Origin: a virus
Virus record (IMG/VR): IMGVR_UViG_3300020452_000254
Location: 1-64,000 of that record
DNA length: 64,000 nt
Reading direction: 5' to 3' (one strand)
Shown piece by piece: positions 39,989 through 48,893 of the stretch; within the stretch, counting starts at the first letter, position 1; each line of letters starts with the position of its first letter. The position numbers and the translations under genes are program-made. The notes below the pieces were generated by a model. That model had not been told where the DNA came from and made no database searches. It saw only the letters and a program-made list of their open reading frames with translations.

Positions 39989-42040
39989 ATGGCAGACGAA
40001 AAGAAAACAGCAAAACAAATACAGGAAGAAGCTGAAGCAAAAAAAGAGATGGAAGCAGTCCGAAAATCCAATAAAGGGATAATGGATGAAATTAAAGACC
40101 AAAACAAAGCTCTTAGAGAATCAACTAAAACCCAAAACCAATTAGTTAAGGTTATGGAAAGTGACTCTCAAAGAGAAGGTAAGTTACTTAAAGAAGTTTT
40201 AGATAGTAAAATTGGTTTTGGAAAAAATGCTGGAAATGATAGGTTTTCTGATGAACAAAAGAAAAACTTACAATCTCAATTTGGTCTTGGTCAACTTGGT
40301 GTAAGTAGTGCTGATGCTGCCAATAGAGTCGCTGCAAACAATCAATTAGAACAACTGAATAAAGAAAAAGAAAGACTAGAGGGAATTCAAAAAGAATTTG
40401 GTCTTAGTAAGTTTGATACTACTGAATTAGATGCACTTGAAAGTGATATAAAATCTTTAGAAGAAATTCAAAAATTTGGTAGAACATTATCAAACTTTGA
40501 AAAAGGTTTTCAAATGTTTGCTGGTGGAACAATGGATGAACTAATTCAATCCACAAAAGGACAAGGTGCATTAACTGCTCAAGGTATTGTTAAAGGACTT
40601 GGTAATGACCTTAAAGGAGATTTTGATAAAATTCTTAGTTTCCTTGGGCCTGCAGCTGGTATCTTACAACAAATACCATTTCTTGGAACTATAGCAAATC
40701 TTGCACAAACTGGATTTAAAAAACTTTTTGTACAAATGTTCCTTACTAGGAAAGCATCTGCACAAAACAGTAGAAAAGAAATATTATCTCAAGAAAAAAC
40801 TTCAAAGATTCTTCATCAAGATATGTCATTAGAGGCTCAACAGAGACGAAGAGAAGCCAGAGACAAAATGAAAGAAAAACTTAGTAAGGGTAAAGGTGGT
40901 AAAGATGGTAGTGGTGATACCACCAATGTTCAAGAAGGTGATTCTAATTTAGGTGGTGGTCTTCTTGGTGCTTCTTTTGCATTAAGGAATCTTGCAAATG
41001 CAAAAGTTGGTGCTGGTGTTGCAGCCCTTGGTACTGGATTGGCTAGTCTTGCAGCGTTACCTGTAGTTATTGGTGCAGCGAAACTTTCAGCTGCAATCGT
41101 ACTATTGGGTGGTGCAGTTGCATTATCAATTGCCGCTGTTATTAGTAGTATTGCACTTGGATTTAAGCCATGGGATAGATTTAATACTGCTGAAACACTA
41201 AAAGATTTAAGTTCTGATGAAATTAAGCCAGGAAAAATAACTGCATTAATTGCTGGTATGGGTGCAGCTTCAGTATTAACTGCAATAGGTGGTCTTGCAC
41301 AAACAATTACAACTCTTGGTGGTACATTTACACCAATGACTGATTTAGCAAAAGACTTGGGTGGATTTGCAAAAAATGTAAAACCTTTTATTGCTTTAGA
41401 TATGTTGGGAGTTGCATCTAATTATCGTGTATTGAATGAACAAGTAATGGATAAAACTGGTGGTTTATTTGAAAACTTTACAATGTGGACTGGTAATGAT
41501 AACTTTAAAAACTTTGGTACTGACTTAGGTGAGTTTGCAACTGCAATCTCACCATTCATTCAAATGAATATGACTGCATTTACTAACAACATAGAATTAT
41601 TACAAAATGCAATAGATAATTTAGAATTTGATGGACTTGATAGAAAACAAAAGAATGCATTAACATCACTTAAGGCTCTTGGTCAAATTCGTTTATCACA
41701 AAATAATTTAGGTGAACAAGTTGTTTTATTAGGTAAAGGTGTTGAAATACTCTCTACAAGTCTTGATACATTAAGTACAACGAAAGTAGACATGCTTGGT
41801 AAACTTGGTAAAGAACTAAGTAATAGTTTTAGTGAATTAAATATAAACTTAAATGCTAATCCAACAGTTGCTGGTGTTAATTCAAATTTACTTTCTAGTA
41901 ATATGGGTAATGGAAATTTACCTGTTGTAGCAATGTCACCAGTTGTTAATACTCAAACTAATAACATGCCTGTTTCAAGAAATTATGGTAGTTCTGGAGT
42001 TTCTATGAATAGTAACTTCAATGATGGTTTACTTGCTTAA
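39989..42040 (+). CDS. tape-measure / baseplate hub gp29-like protein
   Basis: 683 aa; coiled coils, a long A/G/L hydrophobic stretch and an N/V-rich tail; downstream of gp26/gp51. Confidence 0.6.
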   Translation: MADEKKTAKQIQEEAEAKKEMEAVRKSNKGIMDEIKDQNKALRESTKTQNQLVKVMESDSQREGKLLKEVLDSKIGFGKNAGNDRFSDEQKKNLQSQFGLGQLGVSSADAANRVAANNQLEQLNKEKERLEGIQKEFGLSKFDTTELDALESDIKSLEEIQKFGRTLSNFEKGFQMFAGGTMDELIQSTKGQGALTAQGIVKGLGNDLKGDFDKILSFLGPAAGILQQIPFLGTIANLAQTGFKKLFVQMFLTRKASAQNSRKEILSQEKTSKILHQDMSLEAQQRRREARDKMKEKLSKGKGGKDGSGDTTNVQEGDSNLGGGLLGASFALRNLANAKVGAGVAALGTGLASLAALPVVIGAAKLSAAIVLLGGAVALSIAAVISSIALGFKPWDRFNTAETLKDLSSDEIKPGKITALIAGMGAASVLTAIGGLAQTITTLGGTFTPMTDLAKDLGGFAKNVKPFIALDMLGVASNYRVLNEQVMDKTGGLFENFTMWTGNDNFKNFGTDLGEFATAISPFIQMNMTAFTNNIELLQNAIDNLEFDGLDRKQKNALTSLKALGQIRLSQNNLGEQVVLLGKGVEILSTSLDTLSTTKVDMLGKLGKELSNSFSELNINLNANPTVAGVNSNLLSSNMGNGNLPVVAMSPVVNTQTNNMPVSRNYGSSGVSMNSNFNDGLLA

Positions 42041-42234
42041 CTAGGATACTTATCCTTTCTATTGTATTTTGTTTTGTCCTTGTGGACTTGTGATACACCA
42101 TGTTTAGGTGTTTTCTTGCGTGACTTAACCTCTGGTTCTTTCTTACCAAAAACCCTTTCCCAATTGTCTTGATATGTTGTTGGTGTTTTAGAAGGTCTCT
42201 GTTTCGAACCTTTCCCACCATGCCACTTGGTCAT
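42037..42234 (-). CDS. small basic hypothetical protein
   Basis: WHGGKGSKQRP...YQDNWERVF; GGAG RBS. Confidence 0.65.
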   Translation of the reverse strand: MTKWHGGKGSKQRPSKTPTTYQDNWERVFGKKEPEVKSRKKTPKHGVSQVHKDKTKYNRKDKYPS

Positions 42235-42244
42235 TACAGAACTC

Positions 42245-42440
42245 CATTATATAAGGTGTTAAATTGGCCCCTCGTCTATTGTGACAATATTGTCTATATA
42301 CCCGCCATCTAACCGATATCTCTCTGCCGCATTTGATATCTTTCCACGATTGTATACCCAAACCTCAACCATCCTACTTGGTATAACTCTCCGAGTCTCA
42401 TTTAATACTCAGTCCCCAATGGTCAATCCTATATTAGTGC
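42245..42440 (-). ncRNA. candidate structured late RNA or leader (~190 nt)
   Basis: ORF-free G-rich stretch behind a late promoter, with several hairpins (CTGAGT/ACTCGG, TATACC/GGTATA, GATATC/GATATC, GACAATATTGTC). Confidence 0.45.
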
Positions 42441-42446
42441 ATAATA

Positions 42447-42454
42447 TATTTATA
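42447..42454 (-). promoter_or_regulatory. late promoter TATAAATA
   Basis: Exact match just downstream of gp32. Confidence 0.65.
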
Positions 42455-42481
42455 ATTCAAAATATTTAGGATTGACAATCC

Positions 42482-43375
42482 TTACACATCATTTGCAAGT
42501 TTTTGGAAGTATGACATAGTGTCATCTTCTTCTACATCTGTTGAAGCAGTTGTAGGTTGTGCAATTGTTGGTTCTGGACTTGGATATGCAACATCATCCA
42601 TATCACTTGCAACTGAAGCTGCAGTAGCAGTTGATGCTGTCATTCCTAAAACTCTATCGAGTTTTTGTTTGAGTTCATCATAAGATTTGAACTCACTTGG
42701 TGCAATCACATCTTTTAATGAATGTTGACTATTCCAGATTGCTTCCATCTTTGCATCATCATCTGATAATGGTGATGGTGTTGCAAACTCTGACTTATCA
42801 TAGTTCCAGTAACCATCTACTTTACGAACTTTGATTTTAAAGTTTGCACCTTCCCATAAATCAAATGGATTTACTGGAGTTTCATCTTGAAACTGTGGTT
42901 GCATTTTGTCTTTCAACATTTCAAAGATTTTCTTTCCATATCTGAAAAGCATAACCTTTCCTTCATTTTCTGGATGTGTAGGGTCAGAAACGATTAGAAC
43001 ATTTGACACATAGTGTAATCTTCTTTTCTGTTTCCTTGCTATATCCTTGTTGGACTCAATACCAGAGTTCCACAATTCAGTATTGTGTTCTGACACTGGG
43101 TCTTTATCATTAAGAGTCGTTAACGACTTCTCAATATACCATCCACCTGGCCCTTGGAAGCCATGGTCAAAATATTGAATCCACGGCATGTCCTCGTTTT
43201 GAGGTGCTGGTAGAAATCTTACAACTGCATAACCATTACCAGTCTTATCTAAGTCGATTTTCCAGTATCGTTCATCGTTGTATGATTTAGTTTCACCACC
43301 ACTAGAAGTTTTTTCTAATGATGCTTGTAAGGTGTCGAATCCACCTCTAGATTTTTTTAAGTCTTGAAATGACAT
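42482..43375 (-). CDS. gp32: single-stranded DNA-binding protein gp32
   Basis: GNGYAVVRFLP, HGFQGPGGWYIE, FDLWEGANFKIK, acidic tail SYFQKLA. Confidence 0.95.
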   Translation of the reverse strand: MSFQDLKKSRGGFDTLQASLEKTSSGGETKSYNDERYWKIDLDKTGNGYAVVRFLPAPQNEDMPWIQYFDHGFQGPGGWYIEKSLTTLNDKDPVSEHNTELWNSGIESNKDIARKQKRRLHYVSNVLIVSDPTHPENEGKVMLFRYGKKIFEMLKDKMQPQFQDETPVNPFDLWEGANFKIKVRKVDGYWNYDKSEFATPSPLSDDDAKMEAIWNSQHSLKDVIAPSEFKSYDELKQKLDRVLGMTASTATAASVASDMDDVAYPSPEPTIAQPTTASTDVEEDDTMSYFQKLANDV

Positions 43376-43423
43376 AATTATATCCTCGTATTAGCATTGT
43401 ATTGCATTTTATTATTATTGTAT

Positions 43424-44230
43424 TTAAACTAAGTATTCTTCTAATGGAGAAACACTTAATTCATCCTTCATTATATAATAGTCTATGTTTTGGAATCTGT
43501 CAAGTAAAATCTTGAGTTGTTCTGTCTGAGATATCCAACCCTGTTCACCAGTCTCAACGAGTCTGTTGTTTTCTGGGTCTTGGTCTGTTCCATAACATTC
43601 AGTTCCAGCATAGATGTTATTATATTTAGTCGAATTGTAATTCCAAATAGAATCAAATCCAACAAAAACTACATTATTGTAGTCGTGGTTCATTGATGCC
43701 ATTGCAGCTGCAGTAGTACCAGCAAACCAATTCTCAAATAGATGGTAGTCATCATCTGGCCCACCAACACTTGAAATCTTATAGTCATCCTCTATTCCTA
43801 TTGCTTGCATTTCTAGGATACCAATGTTTCCATTACCTTTTCCATGCATAGTCACTTTAGAATGACTTGGGTCTATCCACTCTTTTACTGGGACACCCAT
43901 TGTTCCTTTAATCATGTTATACTCTTCATGTCCTAATGGGTCATCCCATTCACCAGAGAAGTAACATTTGTTATATTTTGGATACTTAGATTCACAACAC
44001 TCACCCATGATACTAACATCTACAATAGTGAGATAGTCTGGAGTATAGTCTCTAAAGAGTGCATTACACCCCCATATGTCCCCATTAAGCAACTCTAAGT
44101 CTAATCCTATCCTTGACTGACCATTACCAATAATGTATGCAGTAGAGTCTGTTTCTAGACTTAAATAGGAATACATTGTAGGTGTTAATTCCTCTGCAAT
44201 CTCTGGGTCTAATGTTATATCAAGATTCAT
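43424..44230 (-). CDS. hypothetical protein, glycosyltransferase/Maf(DUF115)-like Rossmann fold
   Basis: IIGNGQSR, IWGCNAL and VFVGFD motifs. Confidence 0.45.
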   Translation of the reverse strand: MNLDITLDPEIAEELTPTMYSYLSLETDSTAYIIGNGQSRIGLDLELLNGDIWGCNALFRDYTPDYLTIVDVSIMGECCESKYPKYNKCYFSGEWDDPLGHEEYNMIKGTMGVPVKEWIDPSHSKVTMHGKGNGNIGILEMQAIGIEDDYKISSVGGPDDDYHLFENWFAGTTAAAMASMNHDYNNVVFVGFDSIWNYNSTKYNNIYAGTECYGTDQDPENNRLVETGEQGWISQTEQLKILLDRFQNIDYYIMKDELSVSPLEEYLV

Positions 44231-44810
44231 ATATTTCTAATACTTTTTGTTTTAATTTGTCTTGGTTGTATCCAACAAATCCTTGAGTCTTTTGTAATCT
44301 TTGTTTAACTTCTGGCCAAACATATTGTTCTGATATGTTTAAGCGGGAACTCCATCCAATAAGGGATTCCAATAATACTCCTGTTCCAAATGATATGGAC
44401 TTGGATAAAAGACACTGAACAATGATAGGATGACTAGAATCGTTAGTATCAAATAGATTGTCCAGTTTCCCTTCAAGTGTGTTAAGATATCTGATATCTT
44501 TCTCGAAAGAGTAAAGAAGAGATTGGTTGTATTTCTTCCACTCTGTATAGTTTTGTTTTGCTTCTTCACCAAATAAATCTCCTACCCAAAAATCCTTGTA
44601 CATGAAGTTTGCAATATAGAAATCCTTAAGTTGTCCATTGTGTTGTTTCCTAAGTTTTGCAAACTGGAACTTATCATTCCTTTTGAGATAACTCTCAAAC
44701 GATGCAGAGACTTTACCATTGTACTTGTTGAAATCATAATCTGAATTATAATGTAGTTTAATTCCTAAGTATAATTTATATGACTCATATCCAAATCTTG
44801 CATCCACCAA
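44220..44810 (-). CDS. gp59: helicase loader gp59
   Basis: YKLYLGIKLHY...YDFNKYNGK...KRNDKFQFAKL. Confidence 0.85.
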   Translation of the reverse strand: MVDARFGYESYKLYLGIKLHYNSDYDFNKYNGKVSASFESYLKRNDKFQFAKLRKQHNGQLKDFYIANFMYKDFWVGDLFGEEAKQNYTEWKKYNQSLLYSFEKDIRYLNTLEGKLDNLFDTNDSSHPIIVQCLLSKSISFGTGVLLESLIGWSSRLNISEQYVWPEVKQRLQKTQGFVGYNQDKLKQKVLEIYES

Positions 44811-45086
44811 CTAATTCCTATGAGTTCTTTTGTAATGTTCAAGTGCAGCTTCTTCTCTCCACTTATCAATCTTGATTCGTCTTTTCCAATCATTGATTCT
44901 TTTCTGTCTTTTTGCAGATGGTTTTTCATAGTATTGTCTTTTACGAACCTCTGCAACAATTCCATCCCTTTCTGCTTTCTTTTTGAATCGTCTAAACAAT
45001 ACATCAAAAGGTGGTGGCCCAAAAGGTTTCTTTGGTTTTCTATCCCATTCTTTTTGTCTTTGTGGTGTACGATTAAATTTTTTCAT
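44811..45086 (-). CDS. rpsU: phage-encoded ribosomal protein bS21
   Basis: FRRFKKKAERDGIVAEVRKRQYYEKPSAKR. Confidence 0.85.
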   Translation of the reverse strand: MKKFNRTPQRQKEWDRKPKKPFGPPPFDVLFRRFKKKAERDGIVAEVRKRQYYEKPSAKRQKRINDWKRRIKIDKWREEAALEHYKRTHRN

Positions 45087-45313
45087 ATTGGTAATTTGCC
45101 TTTTCCTTTCTTAGCATTTGGTTTTAATAAGTTGTAAGATAATGCATCACTCTCAATCTTTTCTTTTAAAGGTGGAGTAATTAAGTTTTTAACTGATTCT
45201 GGGTCAAGGTGTTGTTGTTCACAATAGTATACAATTGCATCAATATAGTTTAATCTTTTAGTTAAAACAATATTCTCTATTGCTTCTGCAAACCTTTTTT
45301 TGGTTAGAATCAT
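45083..45313 (-). CDS. gp33: late transcription coactivator gp33
   Basis: FAEAIE...YIDAIVYYCE...LKEKIESDA...KLPI. Confidence 0.85.
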   Translation of the reverse strand: MILTKKRFAEAIENIVLTKRLNYIDAIVYYCEQQHLDPESVKNLITPPLKEKIESDALSYNLLKPNAKKGKGKLPI

Positions 45314-45342
45314 ATAATCACTTTTATTTTCATTACTATACT

Positions 45343-45370
45343 AGTATACTACAGAATGGGTATCTGTCAA
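45343..45370 (-). promoter_or_regulatory. sigma70-type promoter TTGACA-16-TATACT
   Basis: Upstream of gp33-rpsU-gp59. Confidence 0.6.
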
Positions 45371-45912
45371 GTTATTTTGTTTGATAAAAGAGACTTTTCT
45401 TTTTCACTAAAATCAATAACTAAATCTTTATCATATGATTTTGCATACACATGAAATTCATAATCTTCAAGACCAAGAACTCTATCTTTTTGTAACCCAT
45501 AATATTCAAAATTTGTAGCTGCATATATTGTCCCTTGATGCATTCTGTCATCTGCAACTGATACTACACATTTTGCATCAATCATTTTTAAGGTTCTAGA
45601 TAAGAACCAAGATGTTATGTTATGTTCGTCTAATGATGCAACAGCAAGTCTAGCTATCTCCCAGAACCCTTTACAATCTTCTGTGTAACATCCAAAATGT
45701 CTTTCATGAAAAATAGGATTATCTATTGAACCAAAATCATATGAACAATATTGAACAGCACCAACTAACTTATCTTTGTAGAAAAGACCATAACATTTAT
45801 GTCCAGTCCATGGCAATGTTTTTCCATGTACTCCTTCGAGATAATGTTCTTGTTGAATTAGGGACTCAGCATCCTCAAGTGAGATTTCACTTACTTCATA
45901 ATCTTCTTTCAT
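45367..45912 (-). CDS. Mom-like GNAT-fold DNA-modification protein
   Basis: EHYL, YGLF, EIARL, SWFLSRTLK, VSVAD, HQGTIYAATNF. Confidence 0.65.
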   Translation of the reverse strand: MKEDYEVSEISLEDAESLIQQEHYLEGVHGKTLPWTGHKCYGLFYKDKLVGAVQYCSYDFGSIDNPIFHERHFGCYTEDCKGFWEIARLAVASLDEHNITSWFLSRTLKMIDAKCVVSVADDRMHQGTIYAATNFEYYGLQKDRVLGLEDYEFHVYAKSYDKDLVIDFSEKEKSLLSNKIT

Positions 45913-45919
45913 CTAATCT

Positions 45920-46342
45920 TTAACTTGGTGGGTTGTTGTGTTTTCTGTAAGAGGTTTTTTCTTCCCAGTTCTCGATTGCTTTTTTGATTCCTTCTTCTGC
46001 AAGGACTGAACAGTGGAGTTTAATTGGAGGCAATTCAAGAGCATCTGCAATCTCTTTATCTTTAATGAGTTTTGCTTGTTCAATAGTTTTACCTTTGAGC
46101 ATTTCCACAAACATCGTAGATGACGCAATTGCACTTCCACATCCATAGGTTTTGAATTTGACATCTTCTATAGTGTCTCCATTCATTTTTAAATCAAGTT
46201 TCATGACATCACCACAAGCAGGAGCTCCAACCATTCCTGTTGCAACATTAGGGTCTTTAGGGTCAAACCTTCCGACAGAATGTTTTTCTGGATTCATTAA
46301 CACATCGTTAAATCTATCTACTACCTTTTGTGAATATGCCAT
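45920..46342 (-). CDS. iscU: Fe-S cluster scaffold IscU
   Basis: GAPACGDVMKL, FKTYGCGSAIAS, LPPIKLHCS. Confidence 0.95.
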   Translation of the reverse strand: MAYSQKVVDRFNDVLMNPEKHSVGRFDPKDPNVATGMVGAPACGDVMKLDLKMNGDTIEDVKFKTYGCGSAIASSTMFVEMLKGKTIEQAKLIKDKEIADALELPPIKLHCSVLAEEGIKKAIENWEEKTSYRKHNNPPS

Positions 46343-46380
46343 TTGTTTTTCTCTTTTGTTCTAACCGAGTTATTAAGTCT

Positions 46381-46451
46381 TATAAATATAGGTGATAATT
46401 ATTCATAACCTGTTATATTTTATCGAATTTACTAACCTACTATTATTTATA
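46381..46451. promoter_or_regulatory. divergent pair of late promoters
   Basis: TATAAATA on + at 46381-46388 and on - at 46444-46451. Confidence 0.6.
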
Positions 46452-46468
46452 AGGAGTCCGAACCTAAA

Positions 46469-46612
46469 ATGAGTCGTGCTATTAACTACATCTATGAACA
46501 TCGATGCGAAATCTGTAAAACTATAAGGGAATTTACTGAATTTTCCTTTTATATGTTAGCACCAATTGCTTTACCATTTGCAATAATGTGGATGGCAATG
46601 AATAACTACTAG
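46469..46612 (+). CDS. small membrane protein with CxxC (47 aa)
   Basis: MSRAINYIYEHRCEICKTIREFTEFSFYMLAPIALPFAIMWMAMNNY; AAGGAG RBS and late promoter. Confidence 0.6.
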   Translation: MSRAINYIYEHRCEICKTIREFTEFSFYMLAPIALPFAIMWMAMNNY

Positions 46613-47289
46613 AGACCATACTCAGTTCTATACTGACCACGAAGTTCATGTAACTTCTCAACATACTTTTCACTTGGTTTTTCAATAAACAACTGACTAG
46701 AACCATCACTCACTGCAATCATTGTGATTAGTGAATGGACTTCTTTACCTGTTAGTTCTTCAAACATTTTTGCATATGCAGTTTCCTGTATAAAATAATT
46801 CTGTATCCATTTTCTTTCTTTTGGTTTTCTACTGGTCTTGAAATCTATGATTGAAATCTTGTCATCAAAGTACTCTGCAATACAATCCACTCTACCAGCA
46901 AGTTGTAGTTTATGAGAATAAAGTGGTGCTTCAAGTGCATGAACAGTTCCTATTTGGTTTAGTTCTTTTTCTAGTGAGATGAATGCTTGTTGTGTTGTTG
47001 GCATTGCACCTTTAAACTTTTCTTCAAAGTTATCATTCTTAATGTAATCTTCGAATAGTTGATGTGCAGATGTTCCATGTCTTGCAGCTTGAGTTGATAT
47101 CTTATTAGCAGTTTCTGCACCAACTCTCTTTCTCCATTTCTTAATACCATCCCTACTCAAAAGTCCAGTAACCGATGTCACTGATGGATACTTCTCACCT
47201 GTTGGTGTTACATAGTATCTTTTACCATCTACATTTTCTGTAGGTAAGGATTCAAATCCATAATCTAAAATATTAAATGTTTTCATCAC
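46609..47289 (-). CDS. PD-(D/E)XK exonuclease
   Basis: YPSVTSV, GTSAH, AGRVDCIA, IIDFKTS, YFIQETAY. Confidence 0.85.
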   Translation of the reverse strand: MMKTFNILDYGFESLPTENVDGKRYYVTPTGEKYPSVTSVTGLLSRDGIKKWRKRVGAETANKISTQAARHGTSAHQLFEDYIKNDNFEEKFKGAMPTTQQAFISLEKELNQIGTVHALEAPLYSHKLQLAGRVDCIAEYFDDKISIIDFKTSRKPKERKWIQNYFIQETAYAKMFEELTGKEVHSLITMIAVSDGSSQLFIEKPSEKYVEKLHELRGQYRTEYGL

Positions 47290-47467
47290 ACATCTTATCT
47301 AATTCATCAAAATCATGTTTACCATGAATAGTAACACTGTAATGATTATGATGATTCCATTCTACTTCAAAGGGTACATCATATCCCTTTCCAGATAATA
47401 TTGCAACTCTATCGTTGAACTCTCTGTACTCGTCTTCTGTTAATGTTCTAGTTATTCGTTTTGACAT
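47273..47467 (-). CDS. hypothetical protein
   Basis: 64-aa ORF in the co-oriented cluster. Confidence 0.55.
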   Translation of the reverse strand: MSKRITRTLTEDEYREFNDRVAILSGKGYDVPFEVEWNHHNHYSVTIHGKHDFDELDKMCDENI

Positions 47468-47468
47468 A

Positions 47469-47813
47469 TTACCCCTTGTTTAATGGTTTCCCTTGTTTCT
47501 TTTGTGCAGTTTGCATCTTGACATGTTTCTCAATAATTGAATCAGTCTTGACTTCTGATGCACTTCTTCTTTTAGTTGCTTTTGCAAGTTCACTTCTTGG
47601 ATGTGCATCTGCAACCTTAGATAACATTTCATTGAAACCACCACTGTTACCTAGTCCACTTCTATTACCAATACCAGAGACAATTCCTGGCGTACCTGTA
47701 ATAACTTGTTTCAGATGTGGATTACCTTTCTTGTATTCTTGTAAATCATTCCACGACATTAACACATCGTGTTGTTCACCTGTCTCTTTGTCTTCTAAAG
47801 TATATGTTGGCAT
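47469..47813 (-). CDS. hypothetical protein (FmdB-like N-terminus)
   Basis: MPTY...TGE...NPHLKQ...GFNEMLSKVADAHP. Confidence 0.6.
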   Translation of the reverse strand: MPTYTLEDKETGEQHDVLMSWNDLQEYKKGNPHLKQVITGTPGIVSGIGNRSGLGNSGGFNEMLSKVADAHPRSELAKATKRRSASEVKTDSIIEKHVKMQTAQKKQGKPLNKG

Positions 47814-47908
47814 TATAGTATCTTCTCAAGTATAAAAACTAATGGAATGAATATGTATAATCCTATTAATAGTTTTTCTACTCTATCAAATTGTTCATCT
47901 GTTGGCAT
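47813..47908 (-). CDS. small membrane protein (31 aa)
   Basis: MPTDEQFDRVEKLLIGLYIFIPLVFILEKIL; TAATG coupling at both ends. Confidence 0.55.
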   Translation of the reverse strand: MPTDEQFDRVEKLLIGLYIFIPLVFILEKIL

Positions 47909-48033
47909 TATCTATCCATCCAATCTGTTATCTTGTTATAAATGAATACTGCAAGAATCCACCAAATCCCAATATTAAATCCTATTAAGAATAGATATTG
48001 TGGTATTTGGAATATGTTAATAAATGTATCCAT
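47908..48033 (-). CDS. small membrane protein (41 aa)
   Basis: MDTFINIFQIPQYLFLIGFNIGIWWILAVFIYNKITDWMDR; TAATG coupling. Confidence 0.55.
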   Translation of the reverse strand: MDTFINIFQIPQYLFLIGFNIGIWWILAVFIYNKITDWMDR

Positions 48034-48572
48034 TATGCTTCCATGAATTTTGGAGTGACTTGGTTAGTCCATTTTGCAAAACTTTTCTTGTATTTTATGT
48101 AGTAGTCTTGATATGCATCAACGACATTTTCTTGTTTAACATCATCTGGCATTGCAAGATAAGGGTCAACAAAAGGTTCTACTGGTATTTGCATTGGTGG
48201 ATTTTTAAGCATTCCACGAAGTTTAAAATCTGTTAAATGAACTCTTTCATATCTATGTGTATATTCATAACATAGTTGTTCCCACATTTTGTATAACCAA
48301 TTGTAATGGTTTTGTGAATCTCTTACCCACTTACCACTTGGATGATTTACATGTGATGCTTTGTATAATAGTCTTTCATGATTCTTGAGAGGATGTTTCC
48401 ATCGTTGTATCCTTCTACCATTTGCAGTTCTATCTGTATATGGGTCACCATCTAAAACACGATGTGCAGTTGACATCAACTGAGCATACTCAATAATCAT
48501 TTTACATACATGTTTATCACAATGCATTCTTGCACATGTCTGTGGGTCTTTATCTAAATAAAATATATTCAC
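48033..48572 (-). CDS. pyrimidine-dimer DNA glycosylase-like (DenV-related) protein
   Basis: MNIFYLD...HCDKHVCKMIIEYAQLMSTAH...HVNHP...EYTHRY. Confidence 0.7.
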   Translation of the reverse strand: MNIFYLDKDPQTCARMHCDKHVCKMIIEYAQLMSTAHRVLDGDPYTDRTANGRRIQRWKHPLKNHERLLYKASHVNHPSGKWVRDSQNHYNWLYKMWEQLCYEYTHRYERVHLTDFKLRGMLKNPPMQIPVEPFVDPYLAMPDDVKQENVVDAYQDYYIKYKKSFAKWTNQVTPKFMEA

Positions 48573-48886
48573 TTATCACCTTCCTGTTCTTTTCTAATCT
48601 TTTTTAACCATTGAGCTCCATCCCTTTCTGCATCTAGGAATACTGCATTAGTAAAGAACATTGGAATCAATACTCCAACATGAACTATAATACTAGTAAC
48701 AACATTATATCCTAACCAACCCAAATAATAGGTTGCAACAAATCCAAAATATACTGACCACATAGTAAACAATACTAAGGTGAAATACATTTGCAGACTT
48801 GGGTCTGCTATAAATCTCAGTGGGTTATATCTATTGTCCATAACTACTTTCCAGCAATCATAGACCCATGTTAATAATTTCATCAT
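48569..48886 (-). CDS. hypothetical membrane protein
   Basis: WKVVMDNRYNPL plus two TM segments. Confidence 0.65.
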   Translation of the reverse strand: MMKLLTWVYDCWKVVMDNRYNPLRFIADPSLQMYFTLVLFTMWSVYFGFVATYYLGWLGYNVVTSIIVHVGVLIPMFFTNAVFLDAERDGAQWLKKIRKEQEGDK

Positions 48887-48893
48887 ACTTCTA

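Noticed and set aside
42245-42440. tRNA, tmRNA or RNase P gene
   Set aside because: No cloverleaf, T-loop GTTCRA or CCA end, and no recognisable conserved cores; no tRNA was seen anywhere in the window
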